64,000 bases of DNA from Haliotis rufescens (lineage: Eukaryota). This document shows positions 41,312-53,190 of this stretch, piece after piece. Below the pieces are notes generated by a model. That model was not told where the DNA came from, did not search any database, and saw only the letters and a list, made by a program, of their open reading frames with translations. Every line of letters starts with the position of its first letter. Positions within the stretch are counted from its first letter, which is position 1. The stretch is from contig NW_025963890.1 of assembly GCF_023055435.1 (NCBI RefSeq), positions 14,012,001 through 14,076,000 on the forward strand. The letters are read 5' to 3'. Made by a program: the position numbers and the translations under genes.

Positions 41312-41454
41312 TTTAATAGATCAGGTGTCAGACTTGGTGACTAGGTTGATTGCAAGCGTACCCCGATGGCACGGGTCGTTGTTCATGACATCAGTCACTT
41401 ATTTGTTTGTTCCAGACTCAATTGCTGAGTGTGGCCTTAAACAACAAACAAACA
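41312..41454 (+). mobile_element. SINE family E, old internally deleted copy
   Basis: gatcaggtgtcagacttggtgact...ccagactcaattgctgagtgtggccttaaacaacaaacaaac. Confidence 0.65.
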
Positions 41455-41688
41455 ATAAAGTCAATAATGTTGGGGCGACCGCTGATGGATCTACCTTCGA
41501 TTGCGAAAGTCATGTCACATGTTGCGTATGGGGATTTGTCAACATACATCTAGTATGTAGTTTCCCGCGATAATTTATATATCCATTTTAATTTGGTTAC
41601 GTAAAAATATGTGGTATGTTATAATGCAAGAGGTCGTGGGAAGATCCCGATAAAATAATCGATTAGCTTATCGAAATAGTTTCTACAT

Positions 41689-42080
41689 AGGGGATATTAC
41701 ATGAGTGTTCATGTCATACTCTGTTTACGACACGAGCGGGAGCGAGGAAAATACCGGAAATACCGAAATGTAGGCACGAGTGTCGTTAATATAGTATGAC
41801 ATGAACACGAGTATAACGATCTCTTTATTACCGAAGAACCTGTCTTCATACAGAGACGAATTTTAGTGTTTACCTATAAGGACAGCAAGTCGCAACATCA
41901 ATCATCAGCTATGACGTCGTTTCTAGTCTTTCCGACCTCACATCACAATGAGATTCGAATGACGTCAACAATGCCGTCTGAATGACGTAAACAATACACT
42001 GTTGTCTCCTGCCGTGATATGACTCAAGGACACATATGAGTTTTATGAACATCGATACGTTTACCCTCGTAGGTAGTAAA
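41689..42080. mobile_element. non-autonomous DNA element with a long terminal hairpin and an internal inverted repeat (Crypton-like architecture, tentative)
   Basis: Perfect 16-bp arms gtgttcatgtcatact at 41705-41720 / 41793-41808 plus acgacac/gtgtcgt; IR tttattacc at 41824 / ggtagtaaa at 42072. Confidence 0.6.
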
Positions 42081-43789
42081 CCAACATATACACTTCCATC
42101 TCATCAAAAACATTCATCCAACATATACCCACTATGAAAATCACAGAACCGCACTACTAGGAATGCAAGAATATAACATGAAGACCTTCTTAAGAAAAAG
42201 TTAATACTTTGAACCTCTTAAGACTTCTATCAGATGATCAGATCATAAACCTTACAGAATTCGGTCATTATCAGTATACATGCATTTATGATTATGTTTC
42301 CGTTGGTTATATAGATGAGGTTACATATAGACTGGGACTAAAAAGGCTCTGAAAGGTGCCGCGTGCGGAAAGATGAAGTTTACATGGAACCGTCACATGT
42401 GATGTATTCATCTGTCTAGTCGGAGATTGTGTGACGAATAGACCAGAATAACCAAACGGAGTCCTGGTCGCTCTTTAAGCCTTAATGCTATCTTTGGCGT
42501 AGAGTACCACACAGGAATGTCTCTGACATGAGTTTGTGTCGTGTTATAGGGCCAATATTTGTTCAATAGTATCGTTTACTTGGGCTAAGCATCTTCCAAT
42601 CTCTTCAAGGACTTGCTTAGTGGGAATTCTATTACGACGGTATTATTCATCTATTTCGTTAATAATGTGGAAGGATCGAATGTTATGGTCCACTACCAGA
42701 TCCGTTTCTTCTTGGAGTTGATGTCCCTGTAGCGCATCCCATTCGGTAATATGCCATGTTTGAATTGATTTTTGGCCACACTGGACAGGCAAATTTATTT
42801 TAGAAACCCAGTGGGCCTATCAACGCGAAATGCTGTACAGCAGATCCAGGCGGCATCTCTATCATCCGACACACACCGCTGTGGCTTTAAAAAAATGACT
42901 CCCATATCATACTGACCTTCGATTCCGACCGTCGGGCAAATATGACCTTTTTTATAGACATTTCTATTCGCCTTTGAGTATCCCATTTTACAATTGTTAC
43001 AATGATACAGCAGCTGGTATTGATTATGTGGTCTCTGGCGAAGTGAAGCAAAAGCCCGTGGCACCAACCATATTCCTGCAATGGACACATCCGCCTTATG
43101 GTATTTACTATAAATTCACAAAACGCTGTCTGGTGGCATATAATTATAGCCGTAAAGTGTAACACTATGTGCTAGTTTAGGGCGCATAAAACAATGTCAT
43201 TCACTTCCAAACTATGTTAGTATCGATTCAGGATTTGAAAACACACACCCAATCATACTGCGATGAATTATGCAGGAAGACTGCACAAAAACATCCTATT
43301 CGCCAAATAATGAATTGGTTTCGGGCGTTCTGAGATGTGGCTTTTGTTTGACATGTTGTCACACTCTAGTCATTATGAAAGTATTAATTTTTGATAAGTT
43401 ATTATTTATATTTGCACTGTCCTAATTTGACGAGATACTAAATTCATGCCCAATGACACATGCAGGTAGAAAGTTGAACGGTGCAATTGAAATGCTGCAT
43501 TATTTATAGACTATACAGATTGTTAGGGCATGGTCTCGTATTAGAGGGGAGCAGGGATGTCTCAGTAGCCTGTGGCTTCGCAAATTGGTTTGCAGAGTTG
43601 CGGCCCTTGGTCGTGCGCGGATTCGCTTATGGTGGCATCAATTGCAAGATGTGTCCAGTTTGTTTGCTTTCCTTCTGCGTTTATTTATGTGTGCGGGTAA
43701 CACAAACGAGGTGTTTCTGAATTGTTAAATATAACTGAATGTTTTCTTCTCTTGGTTTCATGTAAGGTAAAATATATGTGTGACAACTG

Positions 43790-44080
43790 TGCCTGAAATA
43801 TTGAGTGATGTTACTATTGTCCATGAAATAGTAACTAGATCAGTTGTAAATGAAATAGTGACTGGACACTGTGAAGGTGACACAGCGACTAGACGACTAG
43901 TAGGTGAAATAGTGACTGGACAATTTTTATTTTTTTTACAATAGTGACTAGAATTAAGTGTGAGATAGTGACTGGAGGATTTGACTGTGAATTGTAACAA
44001 TGAATTAAATGTGAAATAGTAATTAGATGAAATTAATTTATAATAGTGACTAGACGAATGGAATATGGATAGTGACACGA
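43790..44080. repeat. degenerate minisatellite, about 27-bp period, conserved TGAAATAGTGACTRGA core
   Basis: Units start at 43824, 43851, 43878 and 43905, then spacing becomes irregular; about 9 cores. Confidence 0.75.
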
Positions 44081-44669
44081 TGACGATATCACGTTTCATT
44101 TTTGATACAGGGCTATATTATAGCAAAATATCCAATTCGATTGCAGCATAAGGTAAAGCTTCATCATCATCTGTATTGACGATATGACCAAGGAAAGAAA
44201 CATATATCCGGATATCCACATAGTGTTATTCCTATCCGAAATAAACATAAACGAGGTTGGCCAGCTGTGTCGAGACCATATGAGGCAGAACAACCTTCAA
44301 TCTTGACGAGTCTCATAAGGTGGATCAAAGTCAGTTAAATTCGATGTGTACTTCAATGAGAAGAATTTGGGTAATGACGCCTCGACAATAGACGTTTTCA
44401 AATGAAATAAATCCATGTTTTTGACACACATTGGGGAATGTACAAAGTGATACACAGACGGCAGCAATGGTATGTCTTTCAAGGGTTAGCTCTTGTCATA
44501 CGCCCACGTTTATACAGCCAATACAGAACGACAGCCATTCTGCAGAATTTGTTTACACCGAAGTCTGTGTCATGCGGACTACTATTTTTTGCTGGTTTGC
44601 ATAATTTTTTGTCCTATCGATAATTAAGTTTTTTTCTATCTCCAAACATTTATCAGTAATATGAACACC

Positions 44670-44951
44670 TGAGTGAGTGAGTGAGTTGTGTTTTAACACC
44701 GCTTTTAACAGTACTCCAGTTATATCGCGGCGTGTCAACTTAATGTGAGAGGGAAGCCCGTGATGCATGTCTTAGACGTTTACCACTTCGGTAAAACCCA
44801 CGAGGACGGGTATGGTGCTGACAAACCGTAGAAACATAACCGGGGCGAACCGGGATTCGAACCCAGAATCAAAGTTTTCTTGCGTGCCCAAGGGACGCAA
44901 CTCTGCACAGCGAACCGCGGCGCCTTAGACGACTGGGCCACCCGTGCCCCC
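44670..44951 (-). mobile_element. SINE family B, full length, 11-bp TSD
   Basis: TSD tgaac[a/t]cctga at 44662-44672 and 44952-44962. Confidence 0.93.
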
Positions 44952-45362
44952 TGAACTCCTGAAAATAGGATGTTATGCGCAAACTGAAAATGTAATACTT
45001 TTCGAGCTGTACATAATGTGAGAATCAATATTGGATTTACTAGGGTTCTCCGACATTGATGTATATGCGCAACCTACAGCCAACTTGACGTATCGAGTTG
45101 TCTGTATGATGGTGAAACCCAAAATATACAAACGCGGAACACCGAATACATATCAACGGTAAAATCAAAAGTGACATGTTCAAATAGATTAGAGGCTGCG
45201 TGGCTACTGTCTGCGATAGTTATAGCAACACTGATGCACGGGGGCAGCTAATTGATCAAAGTTTGACAACACGGCGTACCAGTATGCGGTCTGCCACCCT
45301 TTCTCCGATGACACAGTAGTTATTATCCAGACACTGATATTTCATCGGATGACCATGAACCG

Positions 45363-45545
45363 TGTTTGTTTGTTGTTTAACGCAGCACTCAGCAATATTC
45401 CGGTAAGACGGTGGTCTGTAAACAATCGAGTCTGGACCTTGCACTCCAACGATTGACATCATTAGCATCGATAAATTTGCGGCCTCTTACCAAGCATAGA
45501 TTGTTTTGGACCGATGGTCTTATCCGGACTTCCCACGGATCTCCA
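45363..45545 (-). mobile_element. SINE family E, diverged, internal deletion, retains the 5' head
   Basis: Element strand reads gatccgtgggaagtccggataag...atgcttggtaagagg...ggaatattgctgagtgctgcgttaaacaacaaac. Confidence 0.75.
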
Positions 45546-45710
45546 TTAACATTGGTAGGTATATGATATATGCGGACAGTAGACATACCTACAGGTGACT
45601 GGCTGTATATTTCGTTTTGTGGGGATATGGACAGATTGTACCAGGTTTTATCAATGCATTATTTTCTGTATATTTCAGGATCTGGTGGTTTTGGATGAAG
45701 ACACAGTATG

Positions 45711-47446
45711 GTTGACAGATATGGACAACACAGAACTGGAAATCAAAATGGTCACGTCCAAGACAACCAAGAAATGGTTACCCCATTATTCAGTTTGTCA
45801 TCAGTGTTTTAAAATAATGAGTATTGTATGTATCTGTAATAATGATGATAATGTATGAAAATTAGTATGTAATAGTGGTTGCGTGGTGTGGACTATGGTG
45901 CGGGTGTTAGTGAGAGTGTTGCAGTCGACTTGTGCGTGAATGGTTGTTGATTGTGTATTGTTGGTGTGGGTGTGGATTGTGGATTATGGATGTGATTGTG
46001 AATGTGCATTGGGGAGGTGAATGTGGATTTTGGATTATGGATTTTGGATGTGGATGTGGATTTGCATTGGGGAGGTGAATGTGGATTGTGGGTAATGGAT
46101 GTGTATGTGAATGGGCATTGTGGAGGTGAATGTGGATTGTGGGTTATGGTTGTGATTTTGAATGTGCATTGTGGAGGTGAATGTGGATTGTTTATTATGG
46201 ATGTGAATGTGAATGTGCATTGTGAAGGTGAATATGGACTGTTTATTATGGATGTAAATGTGAATGTGTACTGGGGAAGTGAATGTGGATTGTGGGTTAT
46301 GGGTGTGAATGTGAATGTGCATTGTGAAGGTGAATGTGGATTGTGGGTTATGGATGTGAATGTGAATGTGTACTGGGGAGGTGAATGTGGATTGTGGGTT
46401 ATGGGTGTGAATGTGAATGTGCATTGTGAAGGTGAATGTGGATTGTTTATTATGGATGTGAATGTGAATGTGCATTGTAAAGGTGAATGTGGATTGTGGG
46501 TTATGGATGTGTATGTGAATGGGCATTGTGGAGGTGAATGTGGATTGTGGGTTATGGGTGTGAATGTGAATGTGCATTGTTGAAAGATATGGACAACACA
46601 GAACTGGAAATCAAAATTGTCACGTCCAAGACAACCAAGAAATGGTTACCCCATTATTCAGTTTGTCATCAGTGTTTTAAAATAATGAGTATTGTATGTA
46701 TCTGTAATAATGATGATAATGTATGAAAATTAGTATGTAATAGTGGTTGCGTGGTGTGGACTATGGTGCGGGTGTTAGTGAGAGTGTTGCAGTCGACTTG
46801 TGCGTGAATGGTTGTTGATTGTGTATTGTTGGTGTGGGTGTGGATTGTGGATTATGGATGTGAATGTGAATGTGCATTGGGGAGGTGAATGTGGATTTTG
46901 GATTATGGATTTTGGATGTGGATGTGGATTGTATATTATGGATGTGAATGTGAATGTGAATTTGCATTGGGGAGGTGAATGTGGATTGTGGGTAATGGAT
47001 GTGTATGTGAATGGGCATTGTGGAGGTGAATGTGGATTGTGGGTTATGGGTGTGAATGTGAATGTGCATTGTGGAGGTGAATGTGGATTGTTTATTATCA
47101 ATGTGAATGTGAATGTGCATTGTGAAGGTGAATGTGGACTGTTTATTATGGATGTGAATGTGAATGTGTACTGGGGAAGTGAATGTGGATTGTGGGTTAT
47201 GGGTGTGAATGTGAATGTGCATTGTGAATGTGCATTGTGGAGGTGAATGTGGATTGTGGGTTATGGATGTGTATGTGAATGTGGATTGTGGAGGTGAATG
47301 TGGATTGTGGGTTATGGGTGTGAATGTGAATGTGCATTGTGAATGTGAATGTGGAATGTTTATTATGGATGTGAATGTGCATTGTGAAGGTGAATGTGGA
47401 TTGTTTATTATGGATGTGAATGTGAATGTGTACTGGGGAGGTGACT
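45711..47446. repeat. 868-bp-period tandem duplication of unique sequence plus minisatellite
   Basis: The sequence from 45711 (gttgacagatatggacaacacagaactgg...) recurs at 46579, nearly identical for about 280 bp before entering the array; the right end is approximate. Confidence 0.9.
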
Positions 47447-48105
47447 GTGGATTGTTTATTGTGGATGTGAATGTGAATGTGCATTGTGGAGGTGAATGTA
47501 TATCGTTTATTGTGGATGTGAATGTGCACTCGGAAGGTGAATGTGGATTGTTGGTTATGGGTGTGAATGTGCATTGTGGAGGTGAATGTGGATTGTTAAT
47601 TGTGGATGTGAATGTGTATGTGCATTTTGGATGTGAATGTGGATTGTTTATTATGGATGTGAATGTGAATGTGCATTGTGGAGGTGAATGTGGAATGTTT
47701 ATTATGTATGTGAATGTGAATGTGCATTGCGGAGGTGAATGTGGATTGTTTATTATGGATGTGAATGTGAATGTGCATTGTGGAGGTGAATGTTGATTGT
47801 TTATTATGGATGTGAATGTGAATGTGCATTGTGGAGGTGAAAGTGGATTGTTTATTATCAATGTGAATGTGAATGTGCATTGTGGAGGTGAATGTGGATT
47901 GTTTATTATGAATGTAAATGTGAATGTGCATTGTGGAGGTGAATGTGGATTGTTATTATGGATGTGAATGTGCATTGTGGAGGTGAATGTGGATTGTTTA
48001 TTATGGATGTGAATGTGCATTGCGGAGGTGAATGTGGATTGTTTATCATCAATGTGAATGTGAATGTGCATTGTGGAGGTGAATGTGGATGTTGATTATG
48101 GATGT
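45960..48105. repeat. 51/45-bp minisatellite built from GTGAAT hexamers
   Basis: Unit gtgaatgtggattgtttattatggatgtgaatgtgaatgtgcattgtggag; two blocks split by the duplicated segment. Confidence 0.95.
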
Positions 48106-48899
48106 TTATTTTGAGGGGGTTATTATGTCAAAGTGATTAATGTGTATGAGGGGAGGTGTTAGTGAGGGTTAGGGTGTGGTAGTGGTTGGGTGTGTGTATG
48201 TGTGTGGATAAGTGAATCCAATTGTCTAAATGACTGTTGATACCACTTGGTTAGGTAACTACCACATTCCACGAATACCGGATTGCATTACCAACACCCA
48301 GAAATCACTTGTGTAGTGTGTGTTTTTTTGCAAGCTATAGAACAAACTTATTCAGACTTTTAGGTTTCTGCGCCCACATGATGTTAATCGCTAAAAACAT
48401 CGATCAAAAGGAAACAATATTAGGTTAAAATACTGAAACCATTATCGATGGACATGCATAATATAACGAGAAACAGCAAACGTAGTAAGTTATATTTCCA
48501 TTATCACTGGACTTATATTTCAATTTAGAAATACCAGTTGACGTAACTCAAAAGCTTGTACTGTTTTGGTTTCAATGTTCAATGGTTGTGATGACAATAA
48601 CACAAAACATAACTAAACGTGGTGACCGTAGATATAGTTAAATCCCTATCTTCAAATGCTAAGGTCAAACAGAAAGCAGATGTCATCGCAAGTTTACTGA
48701 AATACTGAGAAACCAATATGTCAAATGCTGGACGTCGTCATACATGTAGTTTGTATACGATATCATATGTTTGAAATTTCTGGATAAGACATTTAGTTCG
48801 AGAAGTATGTATCCCCATGGGTACCCGTTGTGCTTCTCTCTTCGAGGGTCTGTTTCTTTATGCATATGAATCAGAATTTCTGCTCGAATTGACAAAATC

Positions 48900-49540
48900 A
48901 AAACAAGAGAAGTTTAACTATTTATACACTACATGGATATCAATGATCTAATATCGTTCAATAATGGTCAAATAGCCAATTCCCTTCAACTGATTTACCC
49001 ACCCGAGCTAGACATAAATTAAGACCAATGAAACGGCCTCACCCGTTGCATATTTAGATGCATAAAGATTCCAAGTGACAGAAAACTATCCACAAATCTG
49101 TATGACAAGCGGGATGACTTCAACTTTCTCTTTTATATCGAGCAATGTTTCAGCATGTACAGAGTTTTGTGTCTACATTTTCTTTTTTCACGAAGATTTC
49201 AAAGAGCGTTTTTTTCTCAAAAGTTGTTTGATCAGAGATACAACATTTAAGGCCATTCTAAAGCATTCAAAAACGTTTGTGGTAGATATGTGGAGGATAT
49301 TTTCAAATTTTGCTCATCAGTTACAAAAATGGACTGATACAATTTCCAAGTTTGACTTGCACCACATGCTCCCGTGTTTTACAGGTGAATACTTGACTTG
49401 TCTTTGCGTGTGTTTGTCACAGGTGCCCTCTGGTCGGACAGAGTACGCTCACCCTTTTGTGATTCATAAACACATGCTAATGACAAAGTCGGATTCGTAC
49501 AATGTATTTCTTATGACTAGGGAAAGGTGTTTATCCCTTC
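48900..49540 (+). mobile_element. degraded Penelope-like retroelement RT (palm/thumb) plus 3' UTR (family C, longest copy)
   Basis: Frameshifted peptides DINDLISFNN (decayed YIDD), LIYPPELDI, KTNETASPVAYLD and KLSTNLYDKRDDFNF are typical of invertebrate PLE-type RTs (Naiad-like, by recall); the 3' end matches the other family C copies. Confidence 0.85.
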
Positions 49541-50335
49541 AGTGAACCTTACGCATGTGTTCTAGTGCTAATGGGACATGCGGTCGGTGTAATGAAGGTG
49601 TTTTCGCCTAACGTCTCATGGCATCATTACTGATTTGCACTGTGATGTACAGAATGCAATGACGTACATGTACGTGTCATTTCCAAGACGAAACGGAAAT
49701 GTAAATCAATAGACTGGATGGCCGAAATATATGGCCAACGCGCCAAAACACAGAATAGGTTAGCATTAAGATCTGGGATGCTTTGCGTGTGTTTTGACTC
49801 GCCAAGGCTCCCTTCACTTCACAACATAATCATTTAATGTGAAGCTACACACACACACACCTGAAAGTGTTCCTTGTATATCATGGCCCTAGACACCGTG
49901 TAGGACATACTCAACATTCATTCATAATAGACTGTAAATTATGAATTTTAATTGTCTCCTTCATATAATAAAGGATGAATCTTGTGTAAATGTCACATTT
50001 GTTAGTTGGGACGCCTTCGACATTTCATTTCCAAAAGGCATAGCCTGCAGCAGGAGTTGGGGTGATATGCATGTATATATGTGTACCTTGCAAAACATTC
50101 TCATTACACCTTAACGGAAATATATTGTGTGCACAGTCAGCTTTGAATGGAGTGTGTTTGTGAAAGCGCCCCAAACCCATTCCCATCATAATACGTTTGT
50201 CAGTGTGTAGCAATACAGACTTGGTTAGACTGTCTGTATTATTGAACTTGCCCATCTAAACAGCTAGCCATTTTATTACCGCCACAGTCTTGGATGAGGA
50301 TGACGTAAAGGAAATCGTCCGTCATTGGTATCAAG

Positions 50336-50382
50336 GAAGTGGTAAACATCTGAGACCTGCATCACTTCCAGTCCCCCCCCCC

Positions 50383-50413
<31 letters not shown>

Positions 50414-50481
50414 ATTAAGCTGAGAAGCCGATATAACTGGACTACTGTTAAAAGCGGCCTTAAACCCAACTCACTCACTCA
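50336..50481 (+). mobile_element. SINE family B, 3' part, with internal poly-C/(CA)n expansion
   Basis: gaagtggtaaacatctgagacctgcatcacttc, then a C run, then cattaagctga...gttaaaagcggccttaaacccaactcactcac. Confidence 0.85.
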
Positions 50482-50501
50482 CGTGTACCGCGACAGGCGT
50501 G

Positions 50502-50705
50502 GATGACGTCTACGTAAATGAACTCGTCCATCATCCAGAGAGTCAGTGTGAACCACCAAAGGCTTTGATGACTTGTACGTAAATGAACTCGCCCATCATA
50601 GCGCCAAGTCAGTGTGAACCACCAAAGGCTTTGATGTCGTGTGCGTAAATGAACTCGCCCATCATAGCAGCAAAGTCAGTGTGTACCATCACAGACGGCG
50701 ATGAC
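50502..50705. repeat. tandem repeat of about 66 bp, 3 copies
   Basis: Units gatg....t.cgtaaatgaactcg.ccatcat...agtcagtgtg start at 50502, 50567 and 50633. Confidence 0.9.
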
Positions 50706-52238
50706 CTTCTCGAACACGGGTCCGCCACACAGGCCTCTGCTGTTGATGCGATGTGTCAGCATATCCGCTCCAGTGAGTGACGAGATGAAGGTGTCACTCC
50801 ATGATGATCTCGTTCTTCTGGTTGAGTAGATCTCCCACTTGAATCTAGTCTATCGTGAAACTCTCGGCAGCGCGGGACACATGGGGCTGTCATGTTCATG
50901 GCATCAATTGGTATGGCAGCAGTAGGCATCGCTATTCCAAAGTGTCACGACATGGTCCTCAAGTTCAGGAAAAGTATATGACTCCCACGTATATGAAGGC
51001 GGGCGCGCGACTTTATCACTAAGGCTGTTGTTTAATATCTATAATATTTTTTCTGGTATATTTTGATAGTGACAGAGTGTCACGCTATTTATAAAAACCA
51101 AAGAGGAAAGAAATATGAATTCATTCCAACGTTGTCTTTTTATAGTTACATATTGTGTCAAACACTGTTAATAAACATCTGTTTAAGTTTTCATCCATTA
51201 CAATATGGTTAAAGAAAACATTATGTATGAGAGGACATAAAAATCCGTTTTAGTCATTACGTAAATAAATACCTCAATGTTTCTATATTTAAATTTATAA
51301 TGACCGAGTCTATGTTTTGTCTACGAACCACAACACCGAATGTCGTGACAGAAGGGTTTAGGCTATGATTTTATTCTTCTGTTACTACTACCTTGATTCT
51401 CTAAGTTAAACACACGAGTTATTTTCGATCGTCTAACTTAAGAATTGACCTAACCAGATGTAGCTAGGCTACGTGTTGCAGTTTCTAACAGAAGGGGCGC
51501 ATTCTCTGAAAGAGTAATTTGTGCGTGTAGTTTTGAGGGCATTTATTGATTCGTAATGGACAGAGAATTAAATATAGGTGTAGCTTTTAGTGTATTTATA
51601 TATTCTTAATCGTAATAGGGGATTGTGTGCATTCATAAATTTTGTGCCTATGTTTGTTCACCCAATCTGTTCAAATCATTTATGATTTATTTATTGATTA
51701 ACTCATTAAGTCATTCATCAAAAGTCATCCTGCTCTGTGTGTATGAGTTTTTGTTATTGTTTTAAAAAAAAAATCATGTTTGTCAGATCGAGGAATGTGA
51801 AAAAATCATATATATGTATGTCAGAAGATAGATAGAATGTCTGGGTTCGATATTGTCGTGAAATTACAGGAGTTTTGCTCACTCACACACACACATTGTA
51901 GAGTCTGTATGCCTGTAGAGTCTGGGAGAGCAACCTCCTGGAGGATTCGGGGTAGATTTATGTTGCAGGACGCATAATCTCGTCAGATACCGGGTACGAG
52001 GACGGAACGTAAGTAACGAACATGTAAACAAGATTGCGTTTTTCTACAATAAAAAGTTAAGTTGAATTATTTTTTGTTTTATTTTGAATGTTAGACAAAT
52101 ATAGATATGATATATGTGGATCCATGTTCGCGTTAAACAACGGATTATACAAAAATAAAACCTGTTGATGCTCAGTTGCATGAAGCGATCTTAGCGCTAC
52201 CTGCAATACTTCACCTTTAGCCTAAGATCACTTTGTGG

Positions 52239-52518
52239 AGGGGCACAGGTGGCCCAGTCGTCTAAGGCGCCGCGATTCGCTGTGCTGAGTTGCGTCCCTC
52301 GGGTACACCAGAAACCTATGATTGTGGGTTCGAATCCCGGTTCGCCCCGATTATGTTTCTAGGTTTGTCAGCACCATACCCGTGCTCGTGGGTTTTACCG
52401 AAGCGGTAAACGTCTGAGGCCTACATCACTTCGAGCTTTCCTCCCACATTAAGCTGACACGCCGTGATATAACTGGATATATACTGTTAAAAGAGGCATT
52501 AAACCCAACTCACTCACT
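52239..52518 (+). mobile_element. SINE family B, full length, 11-bp TSD, inserted in a decayed fold-back MITE
   Basis: TSD tcactttgtgg at 52228-52238 and 52514-52524; the flanks gaagcgatcttag / ctaagatcacttt form an inverted pair. Confidence 0.93.
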
Positions 52519-53134
52519 TTGTGGGAACGGAACCCAAACACACAGATTATATGCAGGTGCATCCCAACAGAACAGCAGCAATGGGTCAGCACAGTTGTTA
52601 TATCATGCTCCTCACACTTCATAACAAGCTCCTACTGGAATGTTGCTAAAAAGCGGCGTAAAACCATACTCACTCATAACTGAACTTCGAGACAATTTGT
52701 TTTAGATTTCGAGATGATCTAGATTTTAAAATAATGAGATCTCCACGTTAACTCTATTATGTTTCCATCGATCATCTTCGTTTCATATCATAATTTATCA
52801 ATTACATATCTCTGAGGCACCTAGCCGTTTCACGGTCTACACACATGGAATGGACATTTGCATTTTTTCCACTGAAAGGACATTGCATCGGCGAATAGGA
52901 ATAGCCGGTGTCCTGAAACAGCCACACCCTTGTCCTCACCCTCCAAGTTATCGTTCTCGAATGGTTAACAGAATGACACGCTACAAAGTAAGCTCTGCCT
53001 CCCGGGTACCCATTAATGACTGGATGGAGAGAGGCATACTTAGAACAGAGTCACTTCCCAGCGAACACACAACATAAGACATGATTTGAGTGTGGTGCAG
53101 GACCGACGTCCTATAAACGTTCAGGACACGGTCA

Positions 53135-53190
53135 CACGGTCACCCATCCTCCTGCTCTCCGCCACCAACGTTGCTCAACTTTGCATGACC
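53135..53190 (-). pseudogene. degenerate 5S rRNA-derived fragment (internal control region)
   Basis: Minus strand aaagttgagcaacgtt...ggatgggtgaccg matches the invertebrate 5S A-box (AAGTTAAGCAACGTC) and C-box (GGATGGGTGACCG) at about the right spacing. Confidence 0.6.

Noticed and set aside
46002-48071. His-rich (436 aa) and Cys-rich ORFs as metal-binding proteins
   Set aside because: Hexamer-based minisatellite open in several overlapping frames, with frame-breaking indels and no gene context.
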